Below, piece by piece: positions 39,019-48,829 of a DNA stretch of 64,000 nt (position 1 is its first letter; every line of letters begins with the position of its first letter). Made by a program: the position numbers and the translations under genes. The stretch lies in sequence record DRR378314_685. One strand, 5' to 3'. The notes beneath the pieces were generated by a model. The model made no database searches, was not told the origin of the DNA, and saw only the letters and a list, made by a program, of their open reading frames with translations.

Positions 39019-39225
39019 TAGGTCTCAAACGGAGTGAGGGCAAACGGATTCGCCAGACGGGTGTGTCCTCCCCCAAACGGGCCCGATCGGGTTAGTCCGC
39101 AAATTTCACGCAAATTTACCAAGACCGGACAGGGTATGTTTAAGTCGCCGGACGTATTTTCTCCTGGCAGTGGAGTGATTGCGATGTTCCTCAAATGCCA
39201 GCCAAACCCTCATCGTGGTGGCCGC

Positions 39226-39567
39226 ATGACGCGGGCGCTGATCTATGAACAGTCGCCGGGCCAACGGTTCGCGATCGACGCCGAGATCCTGCACAAGCAG
39301 CCGGAATTGCTGAATGATTTCGGGCGCTACATGCATGCCCGTTTCCGCATTCTGGATGCCGTGGCCTACTTTATATGTCTGGCCGGTGTGCTGGCCTCTC
39401 TCGCCCTGGTCTGGTGGGCTTTCCTGCCGGGCATCGCCATCTGCACCATGATGTTGGCGGTCAATCGCAAGGCGGCTGGCGAGATTGCACGCAAAGCGGC
39501 AAAGAAGTCCGTCGATGACTTCCGCAAACTTCACGAAATGGGCTGTCTCTGGCTGGTGTTCGCCTGA
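39226..39567 (+). CDS. Hypothetical small membrane protein
   Basis: Two hydrophobic helices; start uncertain. Confidence 0.6.
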   Translation: MTRALIYEQSPGQRFAIDAEILHKQPELLNDFGRYMHARFRILDAVAYFICLAGVLASLALVWWAFLPGIAICTMMLAVNRKAAGEIARKAAKKSVDDFRKLHEMGCLWLVFA

Positions 39568-39572
39568 TCCGC

Positions 39573-39989
39573 CTAGATGCGCACCATGCCCAGGACGGCA
39601 GAAACAATCGCCACCAAAGCGAACATGAGTGAAAAGCTGACCGACACCGCGCGCTGGTCTTTGCGGCTCGTGCGAACGCCTTTGGCTTTCTTGCCCGGTG
39701 CCAGCATCCAGCGATTTGAAAAGAACCCGAACGCCGCCAGCAATGCCGTGACCGCGGCCGCCCAACTGGTGGCCAGCAGATAGAATGCCCCCGATGCCAG
39801 CATCATGCCGGCGATGGGCGTTGAGGTCTGCAGCAGCAATTCCCGCACATGCCGATCCGCGCGCGAACCATCCAGTTTGTCAAAACTGCAATTCGGCGAT
39901 GCGATGGCGGCGACCCATGAGGCGCCGATGGCCATCGCTCCGAAGAGCAGGCCGAGATGGGTGGCAGTGGTGGAGAGACCTTGAAGCAT
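39573..39989 (-). CDS. Hypothetical 4-TM membrane protein
   Basis: Four hydrophobic segments with a basic loop. Confidence 0.7.
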   Translation of the reverse strand: MLQGLSTTATHLGLLFGAMAIGASWVAAIASPNCSFDKLDGSRADRHVRELLLQTSTPIAGMMLASGAFYLLATSWAAAVTALLAAFGFFSNRWMLAPGKKAKGVRTSRKDQRAVSVSFSLMFALVAIVSAVLGMVRI

Positions 39990-40041
39990 GTCGCAATTAT
40001 GCGCCGGATTCGCGTATCAGCCTAGAGAAAGCTTACCGGAG

Positions 40042-40160
40042 GCGACACGGCGCAACGCGCTGGCGACCTCCGGCAAAACAATTGGCGACATGTTGCGACA
40101 TATGGCGACACTGGGCGACAGATCGCAACAAGCCGCGACGGGCGACGACAAACGTCTACA
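40042..40160 (-). repeat. 10-bp-phased TGTCG array B (CGACA on the + strand)
   Basis: Cores at 40086, 40096, 40106, 40116, 40126, 40136, 40146, 40156; more at 40043, 40053, 40064. Confidence 0.9.
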
Positions 40161-41286
40161 GGGCGGCTTCGTACACTTTCGCGTAATCGTCAGCGCTCAT
40201 CGGCTTCGGATTGCCGAAATGCGCCAGATCCTTCAGCGCGTATTCCACAACGCCCGGCGCATCGTCTGCACTGAGGCCGATTGCGGAAAGCGTTGCCGGA
40301 ATGCCGATATCTGCGTTCAGCTCTGCAATCGCATCGCCCAGATCCGCGCCCGGTTTCAGGCCCATGGCCTGGCGCAGGCGGGCGTACTTCTCATCCGCCG
40401 TGCCTTCGTGGAAGCGCAGGATATGCGGCAGGAAGATCGCATTCAGTGTGCCGTGGTGCAGTTTCTTTTCATGCAGGCGGCCCGCAGCATGTGACAGGGC
40501 GTGGACGCCGCCCAGACCCTTCACAAAGGCCAGTGCGCCCTCATAACTGGCCATCATCATGTGCCAGCGGGCGTCTGCATCAGAGCCGTCCTGCACGGCC
40601 TTTTTCAGCCAGCCATTCCCGACAGAGCGGAACACGCCTTCATAGGCGATGCCTTCGGCAGGCGGGTTCACGGAAGGGGAGAGCACGGACTCGATGCAAT
40701 GCGTGACAGCATCCATGCCCGTTGCAGCGGTAAGTCCTGCTGGCAGGCCCAGCGTCAAATCCGGGTCACAGATTGCTGTCGCCGGGATCAGGTTTGGCGA
40801 AACGATCGTTTCCTTGCGCCCATTCTCGAGAACGATGACCATGCCGACGGACACTTCAGAGCCAGTGCCGGAGGTGGTCGGAATGGCGATCAGGGGCGGG
40901 ATCTTGCCGATCTTCTTCGCGCCGCCCGTGATCGCCGCATAGGTTTCCAGCGGCTCGTCATGGCTGACCAGAAGGCCAATGCCCTTGGCATGGTCCATAG
41001 AAGAGCCACCGCCCAGCGCGATCAGGCCATCCGCGCCGCATGCCTTGTAGGCCGCGGCAGCTTCCTTGGTTTGCTTTTCAGTCGGGTTGGGAACCGTTTC
41101 AGCGAATACGCCCGCCGGTGCAACGCCTAGCGCGTCTTCCACCTTTGCCAGGATACCTGCCGCCTTGATGCCCGGATCCGTGACGATGAAGGGGCGAGAC
41201 ATGCCCAGCTTCTTGGCTGTACCGGCCAGCTGCTTCAGTGCGCCGGAGTCAAAGATACAGGTTGTGAGATAATTGATGACGGGCAT
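40156..41286 (-). CDS. Iron-containing alcohol dehydrogenase
   Basis: GGGSSMD, PTTSGTGSEV, DAVTHCIE, HALSH...HHGTLN. Confidence 0.93.
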   Translation of the reverse strand: MPVINYLTTCIFDSGALKQLAGTAKKLGMSRPFIVTDPGIKAAGILAKVEDALGVAPAGVFAETVPNPTEKQTKEAAAAYKACGADGLIALGGGSSMDHAKGIGLLVSHDEPLETYAAITGGAKKIGKIPPLIAIPTTSGTGSEVSVGMVIVLENGRKETIVSPNLIPATAICDPDLTLGLPAGLTAATGMDAVTHCIESVLSPSVNPPAEGIAYEGVFRSVGNGWLKKAVQDGSDADARWHMMMASYEGALAFVKGLGGVHALSHAAGRLHEKKLHHGTLNAIFLPHILRFHEGTADEKYARLRQAMGLKPGADLGDAIAELNADIGIPATLSAIGLSADDAPGVVEYALKDLAHFGNPKPMSADDYAKVYEAAL

Positions 41287-41475
41287 GCCGTGGTTCCTCG
41301 CTCGAATGTTTCCTCAACGCCCATGTGCCCTAGCGGCAGTGCGAAGTTCAAGCCTGACCGTGGGAGAACCATCTTCCTGTTGCAAACTGGGCAGAGGCGA
41401 GCCCAGAGCCTGAGCGCGCACATTCCCAGAATCGCAACCGGTCGAAGCGCTCGCAATCGGGGAGATTACTTATTC

Positions 41476-41496
41476 GCGATGCCATGTCGCGCGACA
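41476..41496. promoter_or_regulatory. Candidate RegA/PrrA-type site overlapping palindrome TGTCGCGCGACA
   Basis: GCGAT-N5-GTCGC at 41476-41490; perfect 12-bp palindrome at 41485-41496; upstream of ompW. Confidence 0.4.
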
Positions 41497-41597
41497 CGGC
41501 CCCGCGCGTCAAAACGGGCAATTACTCCCATGAAAACATAGGCGTAGGTGGCGGTCATCCGGCGCAGATTGGTGCGCCAAAATTGGAGTGAAAGACC

Positions 41598-42278
41598 ATG
41601 AAACAGCTTCTCCTTGCCTCTCTGGTTGCCGGGGCGACCTGGCTTGGAACAGCGCCTGTCGCATCGGCAGACGAAAACCCGTGGATGGTGCGCGGACGTG
41701 TGATCGGCGTTCTCCCGGACGAGTCCGGAGACCTGTCGGTTGCCGGATCGCGCCTGGCTGGCGATGTCGACATTTCGGACCAGTACGTGCCTGAACTCGA
41801 CATCACTTACTTCTTCACGAAGAACATCGCAGCGGAACTGATCCTCGGCGTGACCCCACATGATGTGAAGGCCACGGGCGTCACGGTGCCAGGCGCGCTC
41901 GACAATGCCACGATTGATCTGGGCGATGTCACGCTGCTGCCGCCGACGCTGACACTTCAATATCATTTCGTGAATGACAGCCAGTGGAAGCCCTATGTGG
42001 GCGCGGGCATCAATGCGACTTTCTTCTTCAACGAAGATGAAGGCCCGGTCGCGGACGGTATCGACTACGATACCAGCGTCGGCCTCGCCCTCCAGGCCGG
42101 GGTTGATTATGACCTCGATGGAGAGCCAGGCGGCTGGGCCATCAATGCGGACATCAAGAAGATCTGGATCAATCCGGACGTGACTGTCGATTTCACCACG
42201 GCGCTTGGCGCAACAGTGGATGCTGACGTGGACATCAATCCGCTCGTGGTGGGACTGGGGCTCGGATACAAGTTCTGA
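41598..42278 (+). CDS. ompW: OmpW family outer membrane protein
   Basis: Signal peptide; PELDITYFFT.NIAAELIL, LPPTLTLQYHF; terminal GYKF. Confidence 0.94.
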   Translation: MKQLLLASLVAGATWLGTAPVASADENPWMVRGRVIGVLPDESGDLSVAGSRLAGDVDISDQYVPELDITYFFTKNIAAELILGVTPHDVKATGVTVPGALDNATIDLGDVTLLPPTLTLQYHFVNDSQWKPYVGAGINATFFFNEDEGPVADGIDYDTSVGLALQAGVDYDLDGEPGGWAINADIKKIWINPDVTVDFTTALGATVDADVDINPLVVGLGLGYKF

Positions 42279-42336
42279 GACCCGATTGCCGAAGGCGGGG
42301 TTTCCCATTGAATCCCGCCCTCGCATTCTCCTCCTT

Positions 42337-42372
42337 GGCCGCGTTCTTTCCCGATGAGCGCGGCCTTTTTTT
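42337..42372 (+). terminator. Rho-independent terminator of ompW
   Basis: GGCCGCGTTC / GAGCGCGGCC stem followed by T7. Confidence 0.85.
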
Positions 42373-42428
42373 GGCTTTCTGCAGACCGGGCGTTGCGGCC
42401 TTCGCCGTCCCGTATACAGATTGCGATC

Positions 42429-44264
42429 ATGGCTATTCTTTCTGTCAAAGATCTACGGGTTTCCTTCGACACGCCGGACGGTGTGGTCGAAGCGGTCAAG
42501 GGTATCAGTTTCGATGTCGCCAAGGGCGAATGCCTTGGCATTGTCGGCGAAAGCGGTTCGGGCAAGAGCCAGTCGGCCCTCTCTGCGCTCGGCTTGCTCG
42601 CGGGCAACGGAACCGCCTCCGGGCGGATCGAATTTGACGGCATCAACATGCTGGACGCACCGGACGCGACGCTACGCGACATTCGCGGCGCGCGCATGTC
42701 GATGATCTTTCAGGATCCGCTGACCAGCCTGACGCCCCACATGACAGTGGGCGCGCAGATGCGCGAAGTGCTGGCCCTTCACAAGGGACTGAAGGGTGAA
42801 GCGGCAGACCGCCTCTGCGTCGAGTGGCTTGAGAATGTGCGCATTCCGGAAGCGGCTCGCCGGATGAACCAGTTTCCTCACGAACTGTCAGGCGGCATGC
42901 GCCAGCGTGTGATGATCGCCATCGCCATGCTCTGCAATCCGGAACTTCTGCTGGCGGACGAGCCGACCACGGCGTTGGATGTAACGGTTCAGGCGCAGGT
43001 GCTTGAGCTGATGGACGAGTTGAAGCGTGAGACCGGTACCGGCATCGCCCTGATCACGCACAATATGGGCGTCGTCGCGCGCATGTGTGACCGGGTGATC
43101 GTTATGCGTCATGGCGAGATCGTGGAGCAGGGGAGCGTCGACGATATCTTCTACCGCCCGCAGGCCGACTACACGAAAATGCTGCTCAATGCCGTGCCGA
43201 GAATTGATGAGCCGGATCGTCCCGGTCGTCCTGTTCTGTCAGATGCTCCGGCGCCAGGCACAGAGCCGGTCCTCAAGGTAGAGGACATGAAAATTCACTT
43301 CCCGATCTCGGTCAAAGGTGGCCTGTTCGGGAAGACCAAACCGCTCAAGGCCGTGGACGGTGTCTCCTTTGACCTGAAGCCCGGCGAAACCCTCGGCGTT
43401 GTCGGCGAGTCCGGTTGCGGCAAATCCACCCTTGCGCGCGGTGTGTTGAATTTGATCCCGCCGACTGATGGCACGGTCGCGTGGCTTGGCAGGGACATCT
43501 CCAAGGCTGGGCGGAAGGAAATGAACGCCCTTCGCGATGATTTGCAGATCGTCTTTCAGGATCCGCTGGCCAGTCTGGATCCGCGCATGTCCATCGGAGC
43601 CTCCATCGCGGAACCGCTTCAGGTGCACCAGCCACGCCTGACGCGGGCCGAGCGCGAGGCAAAGGTTCGCGAAATCCTGCCACGCGTTGGTCTCGACCCG
43701 AACCTGATCAACCGTTACCCGCACGAATTGTCGGGCGGGCAGAACCAGCGTGTGGGCATCGCCCGCGCCATGATCCTGCAGCCAAAACTGGTGATCTGCG
43801 ATGAAGCTGTCTCTGCGTTGGATGTCTCGGTCCAGGCGCAAGTCGTTGATCTTCTGATCGAGCTTCAGAAGGAATTCGGCCTCGCGATGATCTTCATCAG
43901 CCACGATCTCGCGGTCGTTCGGCAGATCAGCCACCGCGTTATGGTGCTTTATCTGGGCCGCGTGGTGGAGCTCGCAGGCCGCGACGCGATCTATAATGAA
44001 GCGCGCCATCCCTATACGAAGGCCCTGATCGCGGCGGTGCCAAACGCCGATCCGACGGGTGAGCGCAATCGCGAGCGCCTGCGCCTGACGGGCGATTTGC
44101 CCAGCCCGCTGGATAGCCGGGCAGCGCTGCGGTTCATGAAGTCGAAGCTGGTCGATGATGCAGATGCGGACCAGTACAAGCCGAAACTCGTGGAAGTCAG
44201 CCCGGGTCACCTCGTGGCCGAGCACGATCCGGTGATGGGTGGGGAAGGGCTTCTGGCCAGCTGA
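42429..44264 (+). CDS. Fused OppD/OppF-type peptide ABC transporter ATP-binding protein
   Basis: Two NBDs: [19 protein letters not shown] and [20 protein letters not shown]. Confidence 0.93.
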   Translation: MAILSVKDLRVSFDTPDGVVEAVKGISFDVAKGECLGIVGESGSGKSQSALSALGLLAGNGTASGRIEFDGINMLDAPDATLRDIRGARMSMIFQDPLTSLTPHMTVGAQMREVLALHKGLKGEAADRLCVEWLENVRIPEAARRMNQFPHELSGGMRQRVMIAIAMLCNPELLLADEPTTALDVTVQAQVLELMDELKRETGTGIALITHNMGVVARMCDRVIVMRHGEIVEQGSVDDIFYRPQADYTKMLLNAVPRIDEPDRPGRPVLSDAPAPGTEPVLKVEDMKIHFPISVKGGLFGKTKPLKAVDGVSFDLKPGETLGVVGESGCGKSTLARGVLNLIPPTDGTVAWLGRDISKAGRKEMNALRDDLQIVFQDPLASLDPRMSIGASIAEPLQVHQPRLTRAEREAKVREILPRVGLDPNLINRYPHELSGGQNQRVGIARAMILQPKLVICDEAVSALDVSVQAQVVDLLIELQKEFGLAMIFISHDLAVVRQISHRVMVLYLGRVVELAGRDAIYNEARHPYTKALIAAVPNADPTGERNRERLRLTGDLPSPLDSRAALRFMKSKLVDDADADQYKPKLVEVSPGHLVAEHDPVMGGEGLLAS

Positions 44265-44351
44265 TCTCCCAGTAAAATGCGGGGCTTGTAAGCTTGGCTT
44301 AAGACGAATGTGCGAGGGTCACGGTTCTAGTATTGCCGGAGCCTGCGCATT

Positions 44352-45227
44352 TTGCCTCAACTAATCGGTCTTGTTCTCGTGCTCGTCCTCGTGATGGGTG
44401 GCCTTGCCCTGACCGGCGGGCAAGGCGTGATGCAGGCATTGCCGTTTGAACTGGCCCTGATCGGCGGTGCGGCTGTTGGCACGCTATTGATCGGGAATTC
44501 GCCCAAAGTTGCCAAAGAGGCCTTCGGCGGCTTTGTTCGTTCGTTTCGGGGTAGCCGCTGGCATCGCGCACAACACCGCGAATTGCTGGTCCTGTTGGCG
44601 ACCCTGATGCGCAGGGCACGTCAGGATGGATTTGTCTCGATTGAACGCGACATAGAGAATCCGGACGATTCTGCCCTCTTCGCGACAGCGCCCGCAGTTC
44701 AGGCAGATGCGGCGGTTCGCGACATGATCTGTGATTCCTTTCGCCTGATGGCGCTGGATCTGTCCGACCCGGCGCGGGCCGAAGCGCATATGGAACAAGC
44801 TGTTGCGCTTCATGTGGATCAACGGATGAAGGCCGTGAACGCGTTGAATACGGTGGCAGATGCGCTGCCTGCGCTCGGCATTGTGGCCGCTGTGCTTGGC
44901 ATCATCAAGACAATGGGGTCTATCGACCAGTCACCAGCCATTCTTGGGATGATGATTGGAACCGCGCTGCTGGGAACGTTTCTCGGTGTGTTTCTCGCTT
45001 ATGGCGTCGTTGGGCCTGTTGCAGCGCGTTATGGCCAGATTGTTGAGGATGAGGCACAGCCTCTTGATGTGGTACGCACCGTACTGTCTGCATTTGGCAG
45101 CGGCGTTCAGCCCGGAATAGCCATTGAGCTCGGCCGCACAGCCATTCCCGTCGAACAGCGCCCGGACGCTGACTCTGTAGAACGCGCCCAGACGAGCGCG
45201 CGCTTTACCGAACGTGCCGTAGCCTAG
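44352..45227 (+). CDS. motA: Flagellar motor stator protein MotA
   Basis: ARQDG...IERDIENP, ADALPALGIVAAVLGII.TM, ALLGTFLG, IELGR; TTG start. Confidence 0.9.
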   Translation: MPQLIGLVLVLVLVMGGLALTGGQGVMQALPFELALIGGAAVGTLLIGNSPKVAKEAFGGFVRSFRGSRWHRAQHRELLVLLATLMRRARQDGFVSIERDIENPDDSALFATAPAVQADAAVRDMICDSFRLMALDLSDPARAEAHMEQAVALHVDQRMKAVNALNTVADALPALGIVAAVLGIIKTMGSIDQSPAILGMMIGTALLGTFLGVFLAYGVVGPVAARYGQIVEDEAQPLDVVRTVLSAFGSGVQPGIAIELGRTAIPVEQRPDADSVERAQTSARFTERAVA

Positions 45228-45280
45228 CCTCACATCCATTGCGCGTTGACCGCACTGGAATGAAGCCGCATCACCGGTAG

Positions 45281-46291
45281 ATGCCCCAAATTCGACTGGC
45301 CACGTTCAATTGCGAAAACCTGATGATGCGGTGTGATTTCGCGCGCTCGGGTCTGGCCAATGCGCGCAGTCGCCTGACAGAAGTCGATGATGCCCAGACC
45401 GCTGAGCAGGTGGACGCAGTGTTCGATGTCTTGTCGGAGGATGACCGGACCCTGACGGCGCAGGCACTCGTGGCGGCAAAGGCCGAAGTTTGTGCCCTGC
45501 AGGAAGTCGAAAACCTTGTCACGCTCACCGCATTTGACAATCGCTATGTGTCGCGCTGGGCAGGGCAGCCCTTCGGCCAACGTGTCCTGCACGAAGGCAA
45601 TGATAGCCGCGGCATCGATGTCGGCCTGCTTTCGTCCCACCCAGTAGTGTTTCAGCGCAGTCACGCACGTGCCACGTTTGGCCGGCTTGGCATTCGACCG
45701 CCGAAGGGCGCATCGGTGAATGACTACGTGTTCCGGCGGGACTGTCTGGAAGTGGATATTGTGAAAGAGGGACGGCAGCTGACGCTGTTTATCTGTCACT
45801 TCAAATCCATGCATGGGGGCCGCAAGCGCACGGCCTCGGTGCGTGAAGCGGAAGCCCAGGCTGTGCGGAAGATTGTCAGTCAACGCTTTGAGACGCCCGC
45901 GTCAGAGGATTGGGTGATTCTGGGTGACTTCAATGATTACTGGGAAGTAGACGGCAAGCCAGCCCCGTCGCACGGACTCGGCCCGTTGGTTGGCGATGGC
46001 TTTGCGGTCGATCTGGCCAGCCGCGCAATTGCCGATCCTTTTGACCGATGGACGCATCATTATAGTGGTGACGACACCTATGGTGCGCTGGACCATATCT
46101 TTTTGTCGCCAAATCTCGCCGCGCAGAATCCGGCGGCAAATGTTGAGATTGTTCGCGCTGGTTCGCCCTATCGGGCGGCGCGATACGACGGAGATCGCTT
46201 CCCCGGTGTAGGCTGGATTACGCCGAAAGCATCAGACCATTGCCCCATGGTTGCGACTTTAAAGTTTGAAGGCCGCGCTGCGGCACCCTAA
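45281..46291 (+). CDS. Endonuclease/exonuclease/phosphatase family protein
   Basis: ATFNCENL, LQEVE, HFKS, LGDFND, LDHI, ASDHCP. Confidence 0.9.
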   Translation: MPQIRLATFNCENLMMRCDFARSGLANARSRLTEVDDAQTAEQVDAVFDVLSEDDRTLTAQALVAAKAEVCALQEVENLVTLTAFDNRYVSRWAGQPFGQRVLHEGNDSRGIDVGLLSSHPVVFQRSHARATFGRLGIRPPKGASVNDYVFRRDCLEVDIVKEGRQLTLFICHFKSMHGGRKRTASVREAEAQAVRKIVSQRFETPASEDWVILGDFNDYWEVDGKPAPSHGLGPLVGDGFAVDLASRAIADPFDRWTHHYSGDDTYGALDHIFLSPNLAAQNPAANVEIVRAGSPYRAARYDGDRFPGVGWITPKASDHCPMVATLKFEGRAAAP

Positions 46292-46329
46292 TTTATGTGG
46301 GCTTTGGTAACCAAGGGGGCCGCAAGGCT

Positions 46330-46854
46330 GTGTCACGTTTTGATAAACTGATCGAGACGGTGGAGGCCTATCAGGCCCTCGCTGCCGAGAATTATGACCG
46401 GATCCGAACATTGGCTGAGGAAGTGCGCAGTGGTTTCTGCGACTATCTTGGCGCGAGTGACGGCGTTTGTGTCCATCTTGTGCCACCGGTCGGTGAGTAC
46501 AAGCCGAAAGCCCATGGTGATGCCGCATTTTCCATTCCACCGCGCGGATTTCGCCTGCTCGGGCCGATTGCATTCGGCCTGGCAGTAAGGGTTTCCCGGG
46601 ACACCGATTGGCTGCGGCTGGTGATGCGGTGTCGCAAGATTGGCGACAAATTCATGATCCAGATTGAGGATGGCTCGGAATACGAGTTCAGCCTGCCGTT
46701 AAAAGACGCCGATCCTGAGCCATTTTACGACCATCTTTATCAGCACATCCTGCTCTGGTTCTCAGACCATATCGAGCGCTACAAAGTGGGCGACTATGGA
46801 ACCCGTGAGATCGGATTCGACTTTGCTGATGACATAAATGCCGCTCAAGCCTAG
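46330..46854 (+). CDS. Hypothetical protein
   Basis: Open frame; GTG start after AAGG (alternative 46297); IGFDF near the C-terminus. Confidence 0.65.
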   Translation: MSRFDKLIETVEAYQALAAENYDRIRTLAEEVRSGFCDYLGASDGVCVHLVPPVGEYKPKAHGDAAFSIPPRGFRLLGPIAFGLAVRVSRDTDWLRLVMRCRKIGDKFMIQIEDGSEYEFSLPLKDADPEPFYDHLYQHILLWFSDHIERYKVGDYGTREIGFDFADDINAAQA

Positions 46855-46900
46855 TTTTTTGACGAACTGGTGGGCAGGGTGGACCTAGAACGGGGCTGGT

Positions 46901-48829
46901 ATGGACCAATTTGATTTTGCACTGGCGGCCGCGGGGTCCAGCGAGTTGATCTTTGCGTGCGCATTGATTGGCGCACTCGGCATCGGCGCACAATGGATTG
47001 CATGGCGCATTCAGGCGCCGGCCATCGTGTTGATGGCCTTGGCAGGTCTCGCCGTCGGACCGCTGTGGACGGTCATTTTTGGCGAGCCGTTGCTCAATCC
47101 GGAAAAAGTGTTCAATGGCGGCAGCAATGAGTTGCTCAGGCCGATTGTGTCACTGGCTGTCGCGGTCATCCTGTTTGAGGGTGGTCTCGTTCTGAAGTTC
47201 GAGAATTTGCGCGATGCGGGCGCTGCCGTGCGGCGCATGGTGTTCCTGGGCGGGCCATTGGCGTGGGCGTTGGGTACATTTGCCGCGCACTATGCAGCGG
47301 GCCTTGATTGGGGCAGTTCCGTTGTGTTTGCAGGCGTGTTGGTGGTTACCGGGCCGACCGTGATCATGCCCTTGCTGCGGCAGTCAAAGCTTGGGGGCCG
47401 AACGGGTCAGTTCCTGAAATGGGAGGGCATCGTCAACGACCCCGTTGGTGCGTTGTTCGCCGTTGCCGCGTTCGAGATCATCCGCGTGGCGGCGACGGGC
47501 GAATCCATTCTTGGCAAAGGCGCGATGATCATCGTTGCTGCGGCGCTGGGTGTGGGTCTCGGGTTTGCGTTTGGCTGGGCGATTGTCAGGGCCTTCCGTC
47601 AGGGCTGGACACCTGAATATCTCAAGGCGCCGATCATCTTCGCCTCGATTATCCTTTGCTACGCTCTGGCAGAAATGATCGAGAAGGAAATCGGTCTTGT
47701 GGCTGTGACGGCCTACGGCATGACACTGGCCAATTCGCGGCTCGCGGGCCTCGCAGAGCTACGAAAGTTCAAGGAAGACATTGCAGTATTGCTTGTCTCG
47801 GGCGTGTTTGTGATCCTGACCGCGAATTTGACGCCGGATGTTATCCGCCGCGCGTTGACGTGGAACACGCTCGCCTTCCTGATGGCGATGCTGTTCATTG
47901 TGCGTCCGCTTTCGGTTTGGATCGCGACCTGGGGCACACTGAAGCGCAATGAGGCCATCCTGCTTGGCTGGATCGCGCCGCGCGGTATCGTTGCTGTCGC
48001 TGTGTCCAGCCTGTTTGCAACCCTGCTTGAAGACCTAGGTCGACGCGGGGATTCTCGTTTTTACTTCTCCGGCGCCGAGCAGATCACTCCGCTTGCTTTC
48101 GCTATGGTGTTTGTCACCGTCGTCCTGCACGGATTCACGATTGGCCCGCTGGCGCGGCGTCTTGGTCTGGCGCGGAAAGAGCGTCCGGGCGTCCTGCTGG
48201 TCGGCGTGAACCCGTGGAGCATTGATCTGGCGAAGGTTCTGAAAGATGTCGGCATCGAGCCGATTCTTGCCGACAACAATTGGCGACGCCTGCGGCCAGC
48301 ACGTGAGGCGGGACTGAATACGTTCTTCGGGGAAGTCCTGTCTGAAGAGGCCGAAGTGCGCCTCGATCATGCGGCGTTTGACCAGGTCGTCGGCCTGTCT
48401 GCGAACGAGCCGTACAATGCACTCGTTTCCGGGCATTTCGCACCGGAACTTGGACGGCACCGAGTCTATCAGCTGTCTGCGCAGGACACCGAGGAAGAGG
48501 ATCCACGCGCCATTGGCATGGGTACGCGCGGACGCACCCTGATCCGTCGGGGCAGGGGGTATGACGGCCTGATCCGCGATCACTATCGGGGCTGGACCTT
48601 TGGCAAGACGAAGCTGACCGAGGAATACGATCTTGCGGAGTATCGCAAGGATCGCCCGAAAGCCGATATCATCGCGGAAATCCGCCCGGATGGCACCTTG
48701 ATCTTCCTTGGGCCGAACCGTGAGGCGCGCGGCGGCGACGGAGTCACCCTGATCAGTTTCGGTCCGGCACGTGAAATGGAAGTTGCAAAAGAGCCTGAAG
48801 ACATCAGCTCTGACGGCAATCACGGCTAG
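46901..48829 (+). CDS. CPA1/NhaP-type cation:proton antiporter with C-terminal Rossmann (RCK-like) domain
   Basis: ILFEGG, VTGPTVI, WEGIVNDP, APRGIVA. Confidence 0.9.
   Translation: MDQFDFALAAAGSSELIFACALIGALGIGAQWIAWRIQAPAIVLMALAGLAVGPLWTVIFGEPLLNPEKVFNGGSNELLRPIVSLAVAVILFEGGLVLKFENLRDAGAAVRRMVFLGGPLAWALGTFAAHYAAGLDWGSSVVFAGVLVVTGPTVIMPLLRQSKLGGRTGQFLKWEGIVNDPVGALFAVAAFEIIRVAATGESILGKGAMIIVAAALGVGLGFAFGWAIVRAFRQGWTPEYLKAPIIFASIILCYALAEMIEKEIGLVAVTAYGMTLANSRLAGLAELRKFKEDIAVLLVSGVFVILTANLTPDVIRRALTWNTLAFLMAMLFIVRPLSVWIATWGTLKRNEAILLGWIAPRGIVAVAVSSLFATLLEDLGRRGDSRFYFSGAEQITPLAFAMVFVTVVLHGFTIGPLARRLGLARKERPGVLLVGVNPWSIDLAKVLKDVGIEPILADNNWRRLRPAREAGLNTFFGEVLSEEAEVRLDHAAFDQVVGLSANEPYNALVSGHFAPELGRHRVYQLSAQDTEEEDPRAIGMGTRGRTLIRRGRGYDGLIRDHYRGWTFGKTKLTEEYDLAEYRKDRPKADIIAEIRPDGTLIFLGPNREARGGDGVTLISFGPAREMEVAKEPEDISSDGNHG

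Noticed and set aside
40042-40160. Arrays as CRISPR, iteron origin or Pho boxes
   Set aside because: Units are far too short for CRISPR and no cas or rep gene is present; Pho boxes are CTGTCAT at 11-bp period, not TGTCG at 10
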